Source: an uncultured Candidatus Saccharibacteria bacterium
Lineage (GTDB): Bacteria > Patescibacteriota > Minisyncoccia > Phycocordibacterales > DAORIS01
Assembly: GCA_964644035.1 (NCBI GenBank)
Contig: CAZXUH010000001.1
Coordinates: 3,712 to 67,711 of the forward strand
Direction: 5' to 3'
DNA length: 64,000 nt
The position numbers were made by a program, and so were the translations under genes. Below the pieces are notes generated by a model. The model searched no databases, was not told where the DNA came from, and saw only the letters and a program-made list of their open reading frames with translations. Positions within the stretch are counted from its first letter, which is position 1. Each line of letters starts with the position of its first letter. Of the stretch, positions 9,630 to 19,758 are shown in pieces.

Positions 9630-10377
9630 GATAATATAGAAAGATTCGTAGGTAGCAAATTATTCTTCCTTTGATCGAACCAGGATAGTCTTTTTTATGA
9701 GTTTTGACCAAAGCAAGATTGGTTCTATATAGTTCAAGCTTCTTACTCCTGCTTGCACTCGCATTTCTGATTGTGTATGCCACTTCTGTATCAGGTATAT
9801 TGGCAAATTTTCCGAGCAGGCCCATTCGTAGCCATAGTTCGTAATCCTCAGACAAATACATGTTTTTGAAACCCCCAGCCTGCAAATAGGTGTCCTTTCG
9901 GCACATTACTGATGTTGTTACAAAACAATTTCTGAGTAAAATAGTCTTTTTTATTTTTGCATCCTTACTAGGTCTGTGAAAGTATCTGATCAGACTATCA
10001 TTTTCATCTACCAAATGTGTCACAGTGCTACCGACAGCAACGTGGTCGGCATGTTCATCGAGGAATTTTTTCTGAAGTGAGAGTTTTTCTTTTGAAATCC
10101 AATAATCGTCGTCGTCAATAAAAGCTATATATTGACCTTGAGATTTTCTAATACCGCAGTCGCGAGCAATTCCGGGGCCGACATTGCTTTCGAGTTCTAT
10201 GAGTTTGACTCGCTGGTCTTTGGAGTTCCAATCTTTGACTTTTGAAGGTGTGCCGTCGGTACTACCGTCGCTTATGACGATAAGTTCAATGTCTTTTTCG
10301 GTTTGATTCAGGACGCTTTCGATCGCTCGGTCGATATATTTCTCTCCGTTTTTGGTCGCCAGTATGACACTGATCAT
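9616..10377 (-). CDS. Glycosyltransferase family 2
   Basis: It has the motifs ISVILATKNGEKYIDRAIESVLNQT..IELIVISDGSTDGT and DDDD. The start is set at the internal Met (MISVILAT). The longer ORF would overlap the neighbouring gene. Confidence 0.8.
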   Translation of the reverse strand: MISVILATKNGEKYIDRAIESVLNQTEKDIELIVISDGSTDGTPSKVKDWNSKDQRVKLIELESNVGPGIARDCGIRKSQGQYIAFIDDDDYWISKEKLSLQKKFLDEHADHVAVGSTVTHLVDENDSLIRYFHRPSKDAKIKKTILLRNCFVTTSVMCRKDTYLQAGGFKNMYLSEDYELWLRMGLLGKFANIPDTEVAYTIRNASASRSKKLELYRTNLALVKTHKKDYPGSIKGRIICYLRIFLYYLNLA

Positions 10378-10396
10378 GTGTGTAGTATACCTCGAA

Positions 10397-11266
10397 TTAC
10401 ATTCGTATCCAGTTTGCCGGCGTGGCATCACTGCTATCAATTGCAGGATTGGCGGTCCACTGCTTGGGTGCAATGACAACTTTCTCTTTACGAGGATTGA
10501 GCCATGCGCCCCACCAGCTGAAGCTTGAATTGGCAATAATATGATGCTGACATAAAGACATCAGCGCCATTTCTTCGTAATCAGCAATATTGTTGTCAGA
10601 AACATAGACGATCTCGGCTGATTCAGGAACGTATTGATGTGCATGTGTTCGTGCCCATTCAATATCATCGGAAAAAATAAAGACGGTAAAATGCGATCCA
10701 ATATGATCAGTGAGATGTTTGAGCGCTTTTTGATAGTACTCAATCGGCAAGGTGCCATGGTAGAGGTGAGTCTTGAGATCACTTACATAATCACCACGTC
10801 GAATGTGCAAAGAAACAGGATTGTTGGAGATCCTGATACGCTCATGCATGCGCTCAGCTGCAGGACCAAAAAGCTCAGCAAGCATGAAGTCTTTTCTAAT
10901 TGCGTCCGCATGCTCAGCGAAATATTTTTCATTTTGCCAAAAGCCTTCTATATACGAATCACAATGTGCATTGTCAGCCGTCTTTTTATTGTAGGCATAG
11001 AGTTTTTCAGGATTGAGTTTCCTGTGGATCTTAGAAAAGATATTTCCGACAAATGAATTTCTTTTTGCTGTGTCTTTGTCAGTTGCCAATGTGCCTTTGA
11101 CTTGGAGTTTGTTGAGTTTGTATGCACGGGGAGTGTCTCCAGGGTGCTGACGATCATAGCCGGAAATATCTATGAGCAGGTCGCATTTCTTTTGTATGGA
11201 AAGAGACCTTCCAAATGCATATTGAAACATCTGATTGCCTAAGCCTCCAGAAAGTCTGATAATCAT
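10397..11266 (-). CDS. GT11 alpha-1,2-fucosyltransferase-like glycosyltransferase (paralog 1)
   Basis: It has the motifs GGLGNQMFQYAFG and HIRRGDY and the C-terminal SSFSWWGAWL, all characteristic of the GT11 family. Confidence 0.8.
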   Translation of the reverse strand: MIIRLSGGLGNQMFQYAFGRSLSIQKKCDLLIDISGYDRQHPGDTPRAYKLNKLQVKGTLATDKDTAKRNSFVGNIFSKIHRKLNPEKLYAYNKKTADNAHCDSYIEGFWQNEKYFAEHADAIRKDFMLAELFGPAAERMHERIRISNNPVSLHIRRGDYVSDLKTHLYHGTLPIEYYQKALKHLTDHIGSHFTVFIFSDDIEWARTHAHQYVPESAEIVYVSDNNIADYEEMALMSLCQHHIIANSSFSWWGAWLNPRKEKVVIAPKQWTANPAIDSSDATPANWIRM

Positions 11267-11277
11267 TGTAAGTATAT

Positions 11278-12039
11278 TTATTTTCTTTTAAACCAAAAGC
11301 AGCCGCAAGCATAATACGCATCCTTACCTGCATCTTTGTCGGCATAGCGCTTGAGCGGTCCTTCTTCGGTGCGTTGAGGTATATACGCATACTCATGCAG
11401 CACGAAGTCATTGTCGAGCACCAAGCCAGTCATGGCTTCATATGAATAAATCCTATGAGCATTGTATTCAATGCGTGATTCTCCAAGTGGGACGACGATA
11501 AGCAAAGAACCACCAGGTGCAACGACACGTTTGAGTTCATTGATAGCTTTTACGTCGCCTTCAGGATCGATAGGATCACCATAGCGGCCAAGACCGACGT
11601 GTTCGATAGTGTGCATGCATGAAAGGGACTGTATGCTTTTGTCTTTAAAAGGTAGATGCACAAGATCGGCATGATGTGTTTCTAGTCCGTCGAGTATTAG
11701 TTCTGCTGGGCGATAATCATAGAACTTCACAGGTATAAAAGCCGAAAGCATAGCGCAGAAATGCAGTGTCGATGAAATATCAACGTGAAAAGGGGGATTG
11801 ATTTCTTTGACGACGCGCACTGCCCACGCTGGGTGATAGATATAGTGTCGGTCAAAGCTGGTTGTTTTGGTTTTCTCTCCCCTGCTGACAGGGTAGAGGT
11901 CGGCGATTCGCATAGGGAAACGATGCTTAGCATCTTTTCTTTTGAATTCAAAAAAATCTTTGACGATCCATGGAGCCGATACTGAACGTTTTATTTTGAA
12001 AAGGCTTCTGAGGAATTTGTGCTTGAGTCGCTTATTCAT
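11278..12039 (-). CDS. Hypothetical protein, possibly a methyltransferase-like Rossmann protein
   Basis: The block VVAPGGSLLIVVPLG resembles post-motif II of class I methyltransferases. Its context is the glycan cluster. The assignment is weak. Confidence 0.35.
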   Translation of the reverse strand: MNKRLKHKFLRSLFKIKRSVSAPWIVKDFFEFKRKDAKHRFPMRIADLYPVSRGEKTKTTSFDRHYIYHPAWAVRVVKEINPPFHVDISSTLHFCAMLSAFIPVKFYDYRPAELILDGLETHHADLVHLPFKDKSIQSLSCMHTIEHVGLGRYGDPIDPEGDVKAINELKRVVAPGGSLLIVVPLGESRIEYNAHRIYSYEAMTGLVLDNDFVLHEYAYIPQRTEEGPLKRYADKDAGKDAYYACGCFWFKRK

Positions 12040-12043
12040 GAAT

Positions 12044-12961
12044 TTATTTTGTATTCGATAGTATATCAATATATTTCTGTGCGCACACCTTGTCGGTCAA
12101 AGTGCGTTGGCAGTATACACGGGGCGTAAATTTTTTCACATCAGCAATAAATGTATGTATCAATTGTGCACTATGTTCATTTGAAAAGAATCGGCCAGCT
12201 TCATCGGTAAGATATGGTGCGCTTATTTTAGGATCTTTCCAACTATGATTGCCTGATACCCATATGCCAGGATTCCACACCAGTGTTGGTACGTCTCTTA
12301 TCCATGCTTCTTGAAGTGCTATACCCTGGCTTTCTGATGCTGAGAGATGAATGGCAAAATCTGACTTAAGTAGGGCAGTATAATACTCTTTTTGCTCAAA
12401 TGAACCATAGGCAAGAAGGGTATAAGTAATATTTTTTTCTTTCAAAACCTTAGCTACCTCATTGAGTACATTTTCAGGAGCGTTTTTTTGATAAATAACA
12501 CAGTGATTGTAATTGCGAGATGATTGCTGATTGCTATCAGCTACTCCAGCTGGCCAGATTTTTATTTTTTCTTTATATCTCTCGTCGCCGGCAACATAAC
12601 AATCATATGTCCACTGTGAAGGTTCGAGTACTGCGTCGATGGCATTGTCGAGCATAATGTAGTCGTGTTCTTCAGGAAATACGACAGTATTTGGTCCGGC
12701 AATGAGTTTCTTTATTTTTCCTTGTTTCTTGAGTTCTATTGCGGTTCTCAATGCACCAATTCCACTGAGGACATGAACTGTGTCAGATATGTTTGAAAGA
12801 GAAGGATTGAATTGATGTGGTATGCCAAGTTCGGTCAGTCCGCGCTTAAGACTTTCAGCAACAGCCGCTGGTCCCCTTTTATTGTTAAATATTTTTTTAA
12901 TCTTCGCTTTGACGTATTCTTTTGAAAACACGTGCGGAGAGTGGGTGAGTATTGTAATCAT
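12044..12961 (-). CDS. Putative GT-B fold glycosyltransferase
   Basis: The C-terminal block HLSASESQGIALQEAWIRDVPTLV matches the E-x7-E region of GT4/GT-B transferases. Confidence 0.5.
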   Translation of the reverse strand: MITILTHSPHVFSKEYVKAKIKKIFNNKRGPAAVAESLKRGLTELGIPHQFNPSLSNISDTVHVLSGIGALRTAIELKKQGKIKKLIAGPNTVVFPEEHDYIMLDNAIDAVLEPSQWTYDCYVAGDERYKEKIKIWPAGVADSNQQSSRNYNHCVIYQKNAPENVLNEVAKVLKEKNITYTLLAYGSFEQKEYYTALLKSDFAIHLSASESQGIALQEAWIRDVPTLVWNPGIWVSGNHSWKDPKISAPYLTDEAGRFFSNEHSAQLIHTFIADVKKFTPRVYCQRTLTDKVCAQKYIDILSNTK

Positions 12962-13842
12962 ATTCTGATCCAGTTTGGGAGCATTATATTGTGTTCAGGA
13001 GATTCGAGATTCCACATTTTTGGACCTATCACGAGCGCATTGTCATTTTTATCAAGCCATGCCCCCCACCAACTAAATGTGCTGTTGGCAATTATGTGCG
13101 CTTTGCAACTGCTCATAAGAACAAGATCAACTGTTGGATGATCTGCATTTTCAGGCATGAAGACGTATGTGTATTGTTTGGGTAGATTGGCTTCTGACCA
13201 TGCAATATCATCTGAAAAGACAAAGAAGACAGGGTTGTCGAGCATTTCTGAAGCTTTCTCAAGAGCTTTATTGTAATAATTCAAATCACAGACACTGCCG
13301 ACGTTGGGATTGTTTACAAAATCTGTTCGTCTAATATGTAGGCTTACTGACTGTGCTTGTTCTTCTATTTTTTTCTTTCCAGAAATATACAGCGGATCAT
13401 TTGCAACTGTATCATTGAGCGTTATGTCTTCAAGCAACTGTTTTCTGACTGAAGAAAAATAATCGCCATTTTGCCAATATCCGTCGAGATACGCACCTTT
13501 TACTGAATTATCGATAATGTTCTGATCGATCACAAAACGTCCTTTTTCTATGAAAAATCTACGAGATAGTTTCCTTGCATGCCTCGTAAGTAGGGCTGCA
13601 TAAAATAGAGGGTTAAAGGGGCTAAAAAGGGCTCTGGCAATGATCAGGGAGCTCGGAGGGGTGATGGCAGCCTTGAAATCATCAAGCAAAAAAGCCCTTT
13701 TTTGAAGGACTGACCAGTCTGTACGCCCATACCACCTCGTGTCGATATAGAGGGGTGTTTTGTGCTTTATAGAGAGTGCTTTGCCGAGTGCATACTCGAA
13801 AAGCTGGTTACCAAGGCCGCCATGTACCTTAACGATAATCAT
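12958..13842 (-). CDS. GT11 alpha-1,2-fucosyltransferase-like glycosyltransferase (paralog 2)
   Basis: It has the motifs GGLGNQLFEYALG and HIRRTDF and the C-terminal STFSWWGAWL. Confidence 0.8.
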   Translation of the reverse strand: MIIVKVHGGLGNQLFEYALGKALSIKHKTPLYIDTRWYGRTDWSVLQKRAFLLDDFKAAITPPSSLIIARALFSPFNPLFYAALLTRHARKLSRRFFIEKGRFVIDQNIIDNSVKGAYLDGYWQNGDYFSSVRKQLLEDITLNDTVANDPLYISGKKKIEEQAQSVSLHIRRTDFVNNPNVGSVCDLNYYNKALEKASEMLDNPVFFVFSDDIAWSEANLPKQYTYVFMPENADHPTVDLVLMSSCKAHIIANSTFSWWGAWLDKNDNALVIGPKMWNLESPEHNIMLPNWIRI

Positions 13843-13863
13843 TGTGCTATAGTATCAGAATCA

Positions 13864-14682
13864 ATGGAAATCGTCATACGCTCGAAAAAGAAGTGGTGGC
13901 TTGGCGATATAAAGGAGATCCTGCATTTCAGGGATCTTTTTTACTATCTCACTTGGAGAGACGTCAAAGTTAAATATAAGCAGACTGTAGTCGGTGTTTT
14001 GTGGGCTGTTTTTCAGCCTTTTGCTACTATGATTGTTTTTTCGATCTTTTTCGGCAAATTTGTCGGTGTTCCTTCGGACGGTACACCATATCCTATCTTT
14101 GTGTACATAGGTCTGCTTTTCTGGAATCTTTTCTCATCGAGTCTCAATGAAGTAGCTGGATCATTTGTCTCCAATGAGCGCATTATTACAAAGGTTTATT
14201 TTCCACGTATTATTTTGCCAGTCTCGACCATATTGACCAATGTACTTGATTTCTTGATCTCTGGTGCAATGTTTGTGGTGCTCATGGTCTATTATCAATT
14301 TATTCCAAACCTACAAGGTCTACTCCTCCTACCTTTGCTATTTATTATGACGGTTGTATCGACACTCGGTATCGGTCTTCTCTTTGCTTCGTTCAACGTA
14401 AAGTATCGTGATGTGCGCTACGTTCTTCCATTTTTCATGCAGCTTCTCATCTTTATCACGCCGGTTATTTATCCAGTCAGCATCGTCTCTGCAAGATATC
14501 GCTGGATACTTGGTCTCAATCCAATGTCGGGCGTGATCGATGCTGCGAGAGCGGGACTCTTGGGTACTAAGCCCGTCGATTGGATGCTTTTGGGTATTTC
14601 TTTTGCTAGCATGACTGTGTATACGGTCATAGGATATATTTTCTTTAAAAAAACCGAACGGTATTTTGCCGACGTGATATAG
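13864..14682 (+). CDS. wzm: ABC-2 type polysaccharide export permease (Wzm/TagG-like)
   Basis: It has the N-terminal LFYYLTWRDVKVKYKQTVVGVLWAVFQP motif and six predicted TM helices. It lies directly upstream of an ABC ATPase. Confidence 0.8.
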   Translation: MEIVIRSKKKWWLGDIKEILHFRDLFYYLTWRDVKVKYKQTVVGVLWAVFQPFATMIVFSIFFGKFVGVPSDGTPYPIFVYIGLLFWNLFSSSLNEVAGSFVSNERIITKVYFPRIILPVSTILTNVLDFLISGAMFVVLMVYYQFIPNLQGLLLLPLLFIMTVVSTLGIGLLFASFNVKYRDVRYVLPFFMQLLIFITPVIYPVSIVSARYRWILGLNPMSGVIDAARAGLLGTKPVDWMLLGISFASMTVYTVIGYIFFKKTERYFADVI

Positions 14683-14685
14683 CAT

Positions 14686-15963
14686 ATGAAACCGATCATC
14701 GAAGTAAACAATATCGGAAAAAAATATACGATCGGCGATCGTGAGCGTTATGTCGCACTTCGCGATGTTTTGGCAGGGATGATCAAACATCCGCTCAAAT
14801 GGCTCACCAACAAAGCTCTTGGCGGCCCTCAGCAGGATTTCTGGGCACTCAAAAATGTTAGTTTCAATATTGAACGCGGAGATGTTGTTGGCGTGATCGG
14901 TGGCAATGGTGCAGGCAAATCAACCTTGCTCAAAATTTTTTCTCAAATCACTCCACCGAGCGAAGGCAGTGTCACGCTTCGCGGTACGGTCGGCAGCTTG
15001 CTCGAAGTGGGCACCGGTTTTCATCCAGAACTGACTGGCCGAGAAAATATTTTTCTCAATGGTGCTATTTTGGGTATGCGTCGCAAAGAAATAGAAAACA
15101 AATTCGATCAGATTGTGGCCTTCTCAGGTATTGATCAGTTTCTTGATACACCCGTCAAACGATATTCAAGTGGTATGTATGTGCGCTTGGCCTTTTCTGT
15201 CGCCGCGCATCTTGAACCGGATATTCTTATTGTCGATGAAGTCTTGGCGGTCGGTGATACGGAATTCCAAAAGAAAAGCCTCGGTAAAATGGAAGAGATC
15301 AGTCATACCGACGGTAGGACGGTGCTTTTTGTTAGCCACAATCTTGATTCGATCAAAAAGCTCTGCAATAAAATCGTGCTCATGGAAAAGGGTAAGGTTA
15401 AAAGAGTCGGCACTGACGTCGAGGCTATTATTGAAGAATATATTGGTAGTGGTGGCGATCGTGGCAATGTCGTCGAATGGAAAAAAGAAACTGCTAGCGA
15501 ATACACCCATCCAAAATTCACTCCGATATCTGTTTCACTCAAAGATTCGGAAGGAAAACTCATTTCAAATCCTGTAGATAGAAAAGAAGATGTCTGGATA
15601 GAAGTCACTGCTGATATCAAAGAGATCGATAAAGATCTTATCTTTGGCTATGTACTCTACGACGATCACGGTGTAGCAAATATGTGGTCATTGCAGACAG
15701 ATGTGAAGAAAGAGGAGTGGCCAGAAATCAAGCTTGGTCTCAATACGTTTCGTAGCAAATTGCCCATGAGTTCGCTCAATGAAGGATCATTTAAAGTAGA
15801 ACTTATTGCTGGACTTTATTATCGTGAATGGTTTATCAGGCCATCGGGCGGCAGGATAGTGCTTGATCTCAAAACACAGGGAAGTCTCAGCGAATCTCCA
15901 TTTTGGGTCAGTAAGCGTGCCGGATCGCTGGCTCTTGTACTGCCTTGGGAAGAAAGAAAATAA
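14686..15963 (+). CDS. wzt: ABC transporter ATP-binding protein (Wzt/TagH-like) with a C-terminal beta-sandwich extension of about 175 aa
   Basis: It has Walker A GGNGAGKST, the signature YSSGM and Walker B ILIVDE. The extra C-terminal domain is typical of Wzt proteins that bind a modified glycan terminus. Confidence 0.85.
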   Translation: MKPIIEVNNIGKKYTIGDRERYVALRDVLAGMIKHPLKWLTNKALGGPQQDFWALKNVSFNIERGDVVGVIGGNGAGKSTLLKIFSQITPPSEGSVTLRGTVGSLLEVGTGFHPELTGRENIFLNGAILGMRRKEIENKFDQIVAFSGIDQFLDTPVKRYSSGMYVRLAFSVAAHLEPDILIVDEVLAVGDTEFQKKSLGKMEEISHTDGRTVLFVSHNLDSIKKLCNKIVLMEKGKVKRVGTDVEAIIEEYIGSGGDRGNVVEWKKETASEYTHPKFTPISVSLKDSEGKLISNPVDRKEDVWIEVTADIKEIDKDLIFGYVLYDDHGVANMWSLQTDVKKEEWPEIKLGLNTFRSKLPMSSLNEGSFKVELIAGLYYREWFIRPSGGRIVLDLKTQGSLSESPFWVSKRAGSLALVLPWEERK

Positions 15964-15968
15964 ATATC

Positions 15969-16922
15969 ATGATACGCACTCTCAAACGATGGCTTTTGAC
16001 CATTAAATTATTTATTGAAGATTTTGCTGCTTTGGAAACAGGCAAGAGTCGGCTGCCAAAAGCAAATGACAAAGAAAGAACGCTTATCAAGCAATTGCGA
16101 CAAGAACTCAATGCTATTGCAGGCAATGAAGCAGGCAAAACATGGAAAGATTTTTCAATGCGACTGCGCGCATATAGCCGATTTTTTGACCCTCGAAGGT
16201 TTCTGCGTTGGCATGTTATTCGCCAGACTATGTTTATGGCCAGTGCCTATCCTCCATGTATAGAAGAACTTCAAAAAGATGCCCAATGGAAAAATGTCTG
16301 GCAGCCACTCATACAAGAAGATATATTTGGCGATCCGATTCCTGATCCAGTACTTCCAGAAAGCAGTGGAAACAGAATCATTCATGCTTATCATTTGCTT
16401 GAGATGCAGAAGGCGACAGGAGTACGTTTTGATCAGTTGGAAACAATCGTTGAATTTGGTGGTGGCTACGGCAGCATCTCAAGACTTCTAAGGAAACTTG
16501 GTTTCAAAGGCAATTATGTATTTTATGATTTGCCAGAATTTCTTGCTCTTCAGCGATTTTATTTAGAAGGTATTGATCAAAAGACATTTAGTGCTTCGAA
16601 TTTTAATGCTAATGAAAAAGGACAAAATGTATTGGTTGGTACTCCCGAAGATCTTAAGAAAGTACTTGCTTCGCTACACAAAGAACCTTCGATGTTTATT
16701 GCCACGTGGTCACTTTCTGAGTCGCCAGTATCTGTCAGAGAACAGGTCTTGCCACTTGTTTCAAATAGTTCTTATTTCTTGTTTGGCTATCAGCCGCAAT
16801 TTGATACTGTCGACAATGTTGCATTTTTCAGACAGTATTCTAAAAATAATCAAACTATAGAATGGAAAGAAGTGTTCAAAAGCATGTGGAACGGGTATTA
16901 TTTATTTGGTAGAAAGAAATAA
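15969..16922 (+). CDS. Class I SAM-dependent methyltransferase (putative sugar O-methyltransferase)
   Basis: It has motif I VEFGGGYGSISRLL followed by the acidic motif II FYDLPE. It lies immediately after wzt. Confidence 0.5.
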   Translation: MIRTLKRWLLTIKLFIEDFAALETGKSRLPKANDKERTLIKQLRQELNAIAGNEAGKTWKDFSMRLRAYSRFFDPRRFLRWHVIRQTMFMASAYPPCIEELQKDAQWKNVWQPLIQEDIFGDPIPDPVLPESSGNRIIHAYHLLEMQKATGVRFDQLETIVEFGGGYGSISRLLRKLGFKGNYVFYDLPEFLALQRFYLEGIDQKTFSASNFNANEKGQNVLVGTPEDLKKVLASLHKEPSMFIATWSLSESPVSVREQVLPLVSNSSYFLFGYQPQFDTVDNVAFFRQYSKNNQTIEWKEVFKSMWNGYYLFGRKK

Positions 16923-16927
16923 TCCCA

Positions 16928-17872
16928 ATGAAAAATCACTTCTCACAATACAAACGCAATGTTACCTCGCAGTGGGGAGAAGACGGTATTATCGAAGAAA
17001 TTTTTATGCGCATTGGCGAGACCAACAAATACTGCGTCGAATTTGGCGCTGGCAATGGTACTGAGCTTAGCAATGTCTGGAATCTTATTTCAAATAAAGG
17101 CTGGAGAGCGGCACTTATCGAGCCCGATGAACCCTCTTTTGCTTCATGGGAGAACATTGCCAAACCTTTTGGCAATAAAATAACCCTCATTAAAAAGTTT
17201 GTCACACTCGAAAAAGGTCAGACACTCGACGACATACTCATGTCTCACAATGCTCCGCATGATCTCGATCTGCTTTCAGTAGACATCGACAGCAACGATT
17301 ATCATATTTTCAAAAGCATCAACAAACTCAAACCAAGACTTATTCTTGTTGAGCACAATCCAACCATTCCACCCTCTGTAGATATATTTCAGGAATACAA
17401 TGAAGAGCAGCCTTTTGGATCTTCTTTTGCAGCCAATGTCAGACTTGCTCATGAAAAAGGCTATAAGCTCGTGACTGCAACCGTCACCAATGGTTTTTAT
17501 GTACGCGAAGATCTCTTTTCAAAACTCAATATAGAAGAACCTCGTCCAGAAGATGTGTTTGACAATGAAGCAGTGACACATATTTTTTCAGCCTACAACG
17601 GCACTCTCTACATGCATGGCAAACAGGAAGCACCAAGCTATACGAGATTGTTCAGATCAAGTGATGTTGCTCTTACTAAAAAATCAATACACAGTCTAAG
17701 TATGGGCGCTGGCTACAATCATCGTATATTCTCAAAAACTCTTTCGAAAAACGCCAAGCCAATAAAGGTATTTTTCAACGGTCCGCAGAGCGTTGGCAGT
17801 ATTCTAGGTTTCCTACCTCGCTTGGTGAAAAATGCGATCAGTCCGTATTTTAATAAAAAGAAAGACCAATAA
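16928..17872 (+). CDS. FkbM-family methyltransferase
   Basis: SQWGEDGII...EFGAGNG is the characteristic FkbM (Methyltransf_21) N-terminal signature. Confidence 0.6.
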   Translation: MKNHFSQYKRNVTSQWGEDGIIEEIFMRIGETNKYCVEFGAGNGTELSNVWNLISNKGWRAALIEPDEPSFASWENIAKPFGNKITLIKKFVTLEKGQTLDDILMSHNAPHDLDLLSVDIDSNDYHIFKSINKLKPRLILVEHNPTIPPSVDIFQEYNEEQPFGSSFAANVRLAHEKGYKLVTATVTNGFYVREDLFSKLNIEEPRPEDVFDNEAVTHIFSAYNGTLYMHGKQEAPSYTRLFRSSDVALTKKSIHSLSMGAGYNHRIFSKTLSKNAKPIKVFFNGPQSVGSILGFLPRLVKNAISPYFNKKKDQ

Positions 17873-17875
17873 TAT

Positions 17876-18856
17876 ATGGCACAAAAAACAGCTCTTGTTC
17901 TAGGTGCAGGGGGATTTATCGGGGGTCATTTGGTAAAACGTCTCGTGTCGGAGGGGTATTGGGTGCGTGGAGTCGATGTAAAGAAACATGAATATTTCGA
18001 CCTGCCTGCAGATGAATTTGTTATTGGCGATCTGACCGATCCAAAGGTAGTAGAAAAAGTATTGGATAGAGATTTCGATGAAGTCTATCAACTCGCTGCT
18101 GATATGGGTGGGGCAGGATATATTTTCTCTGGCAATCATGATGCCGACGTCATGCACAACTCCGCTCTTGTCAATCTCAATGTCGCACACCAGGCGGTGG
18201 TCGTAAAGGCAAAGAAGATATTTTATTCTTCTTCAGCATGTATTTATCCCGCTCACAATCAAGTCGATCCTGACAATCCAAACTGCTCTGAAGATTCTGC
18301 ATACCCGGCGAACCCTGATAGTGAGTATGGCTGGGAAAAACTTTTTAGCGAACGTATGTATTTTTCATATAAAAGAAATTACAATCTCAATGTCCGAGTA
18401 GCACGTTTTCATAATATTTTCGGTCCACAAGGTACATGGCAAGGTGGCAAGGAAAAGGCCCCAGCTGCTATCTGCCGAAAAGTGGCCGAAGCCAAGGACG
18501 GTGGCGAAATAGAAATATGGGGAGATGGCAAACAGACACGATCGTTTCTCTATGTCGACGAATGTCTCGATGGTATTAGGAAGCTGATGGATTCGGAAAC
18601 ATTTTTTGGCCCGGTCAATATAGGATCCGATGAAATGGTTACTATCAATGAACTTGCTGAAATGGCTGCAGAAATAGCTGGCAAAAAAATTACTCGCAAA
18701 CATGTTACTGGTCCTCTTGGTGTACGTGGCAGGAATTCTGACAATAAAATGATACAGGAAAAGCTTGGCTGGGCGCCCAATAAGCCTCTCAAAGTTGGTA
18801 TGGAAAAAACATACAAATGGATAGAAGGGGAAGTTAAGAAAAGAGATTCTAAATGA
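17876..18856 (+). CDS. NAD-dependent epimerase/dehydratase (extended SDR), with motif content closest to GDP-mannose 3',5'-epimerase
   Basis: It has the GAGGFIG Rossmann and the YxxxK region. These blocks match my memory of the GME sequence: LAADMGG, SSACIYP, RFHNIFGPQGTWQGGKEKAPAAICRK, WGDGKQTRSF, NIGSDEMV, GVRGRNSDN and EKLGWAP. Confidence 0.65.
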   Translation: MAQKTALVLGAGGFIGGHLVKRLVSEGYWVRGVDVKKHEYFDLPADEFVIGDLTDPKVVEKVLDRDFDEVYQLAADMGGAGYIFSGNHDADVMHNSALVNLNVAHQAVVVKAKKIFYSSSACIYPAHNQVDPDNPNCSEDSAYPANPDSEYGWEKLFSERMYFSYKRNYNLNVRVARFHNIFGPQGTWQGGKEKAPAAICRKVAEAKDGGEIEIWGDGKQTRSFLYVDECLDGIRKLMDSETFFGPVNIGSDEMVTINELAEMAAEIAGKKITRKHVTGPLGVRGRNSDNKMIQEKLGWAPNKPLKVGMEKTYKWIEGEVKKRDSK

Positions 18857-19758
18857 TCATAAGTGAAATGAGAGGAGGACTCGGCAATCAAATGTTCCAG
18901 TACGCTCTGGGAAAGAGTCTTTCTCTGCGCAACAATATACAGTGCAAGATTGATATTTCAAATTATACAAGTACGGTCGGAGATCCTTTTAAAGGCATAC
19001 GACTCTTTGGTCTTTCATATTTCAATATCACAGCTGAACCAGCTTCCAAAGAAGAAGTGTCACGATTTTCAAAATATTTTTCACCCAAAATATCAGGCAA
19101 GATTGCTCGAGCATTCAATAGACTTGGTGCGTATTTTTCAAAACCATATATTGTTGAGCCTAAAAAGAATTTCTTCAGTTTCGATAAAGAATTGCTCGAA
19201 AAGAAAATTACTAAAGATGTTTACATTAGTGGCTTTTGGCAAAGCGAATTGTATTTCAAAGAATATGCAGATACTATTCGAAAAGAACTAAGTGTAAAAA
19301 ATATTCCAGAAGGCAAAAATGCTGAGACTCTTAACAATATGAAAAATCAGCAAGCAGTAGCTATCCATATTCGTCATGGTGACAATGCCAATGTAGTTGC
19401 TAAGAATCATGGTGTGTTGGGAATGGATTTCTATAAGCAGGCCATTGCTATCATAAAAGAAAAAGTTCAGAATCCTGTATTTTATTTATTCTCCGACGAC
19501 ATTGCATGGGCTAGAGAACAGCTCGCTTTTGCACAGCCGCTTGTAGTGGTTGATTGGAATGGTGACGATAAAAACCATGAGGATATGCGACTTATGTATT
19601 CGTGCAAGCATCATATCGTCGCCAATAGCACTTTTAGCTGGTGGGGAGCGTGGCTCGGTGCTCACGACACTCAGATAGTAATCGCTCCTAAAAAATATCA
19701 TCAGGTGGGTCATGCTTCGTATCCAGACTATTATCCAAAACACTGGCTTACGCTATGA
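18853..19758 (+). CDS. GT11 alpha-1,2-fucosyltransferase-like glycosyltransferase (paralog 3)
   Basis: It has the motifs GGLGNQMFQYALG and HIRHGD and the C-terminal STFSWWGAWL. Confidence 0.8.
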   Translation: MIISEMRGGLGNQMFQYALGKSLSLRNNIQCKIDISNYTSTVGDPFKGIRLFGLSYFNITAEPASKEEVSRFSKYFSPKISGKIARAFNRLGAYFSKPYIVEPKKNFFSFDKELLEKKITKDVYISGFWQSELYFKEYADTIRKELSVKNIPEGKNAETLNNMKNQQAVAIHIRHGDNANVVAKNHGVLGMDFYKQAIAIIKEKVQNPVFYLFSDDIAWAREQLAFAQPLVVVDWNGDDKNHEDMRLMYSCKHHIVANSTFSWWGAWLGAHDTQIVIAPKKYHQVGHASYPDYYPKHWLTL

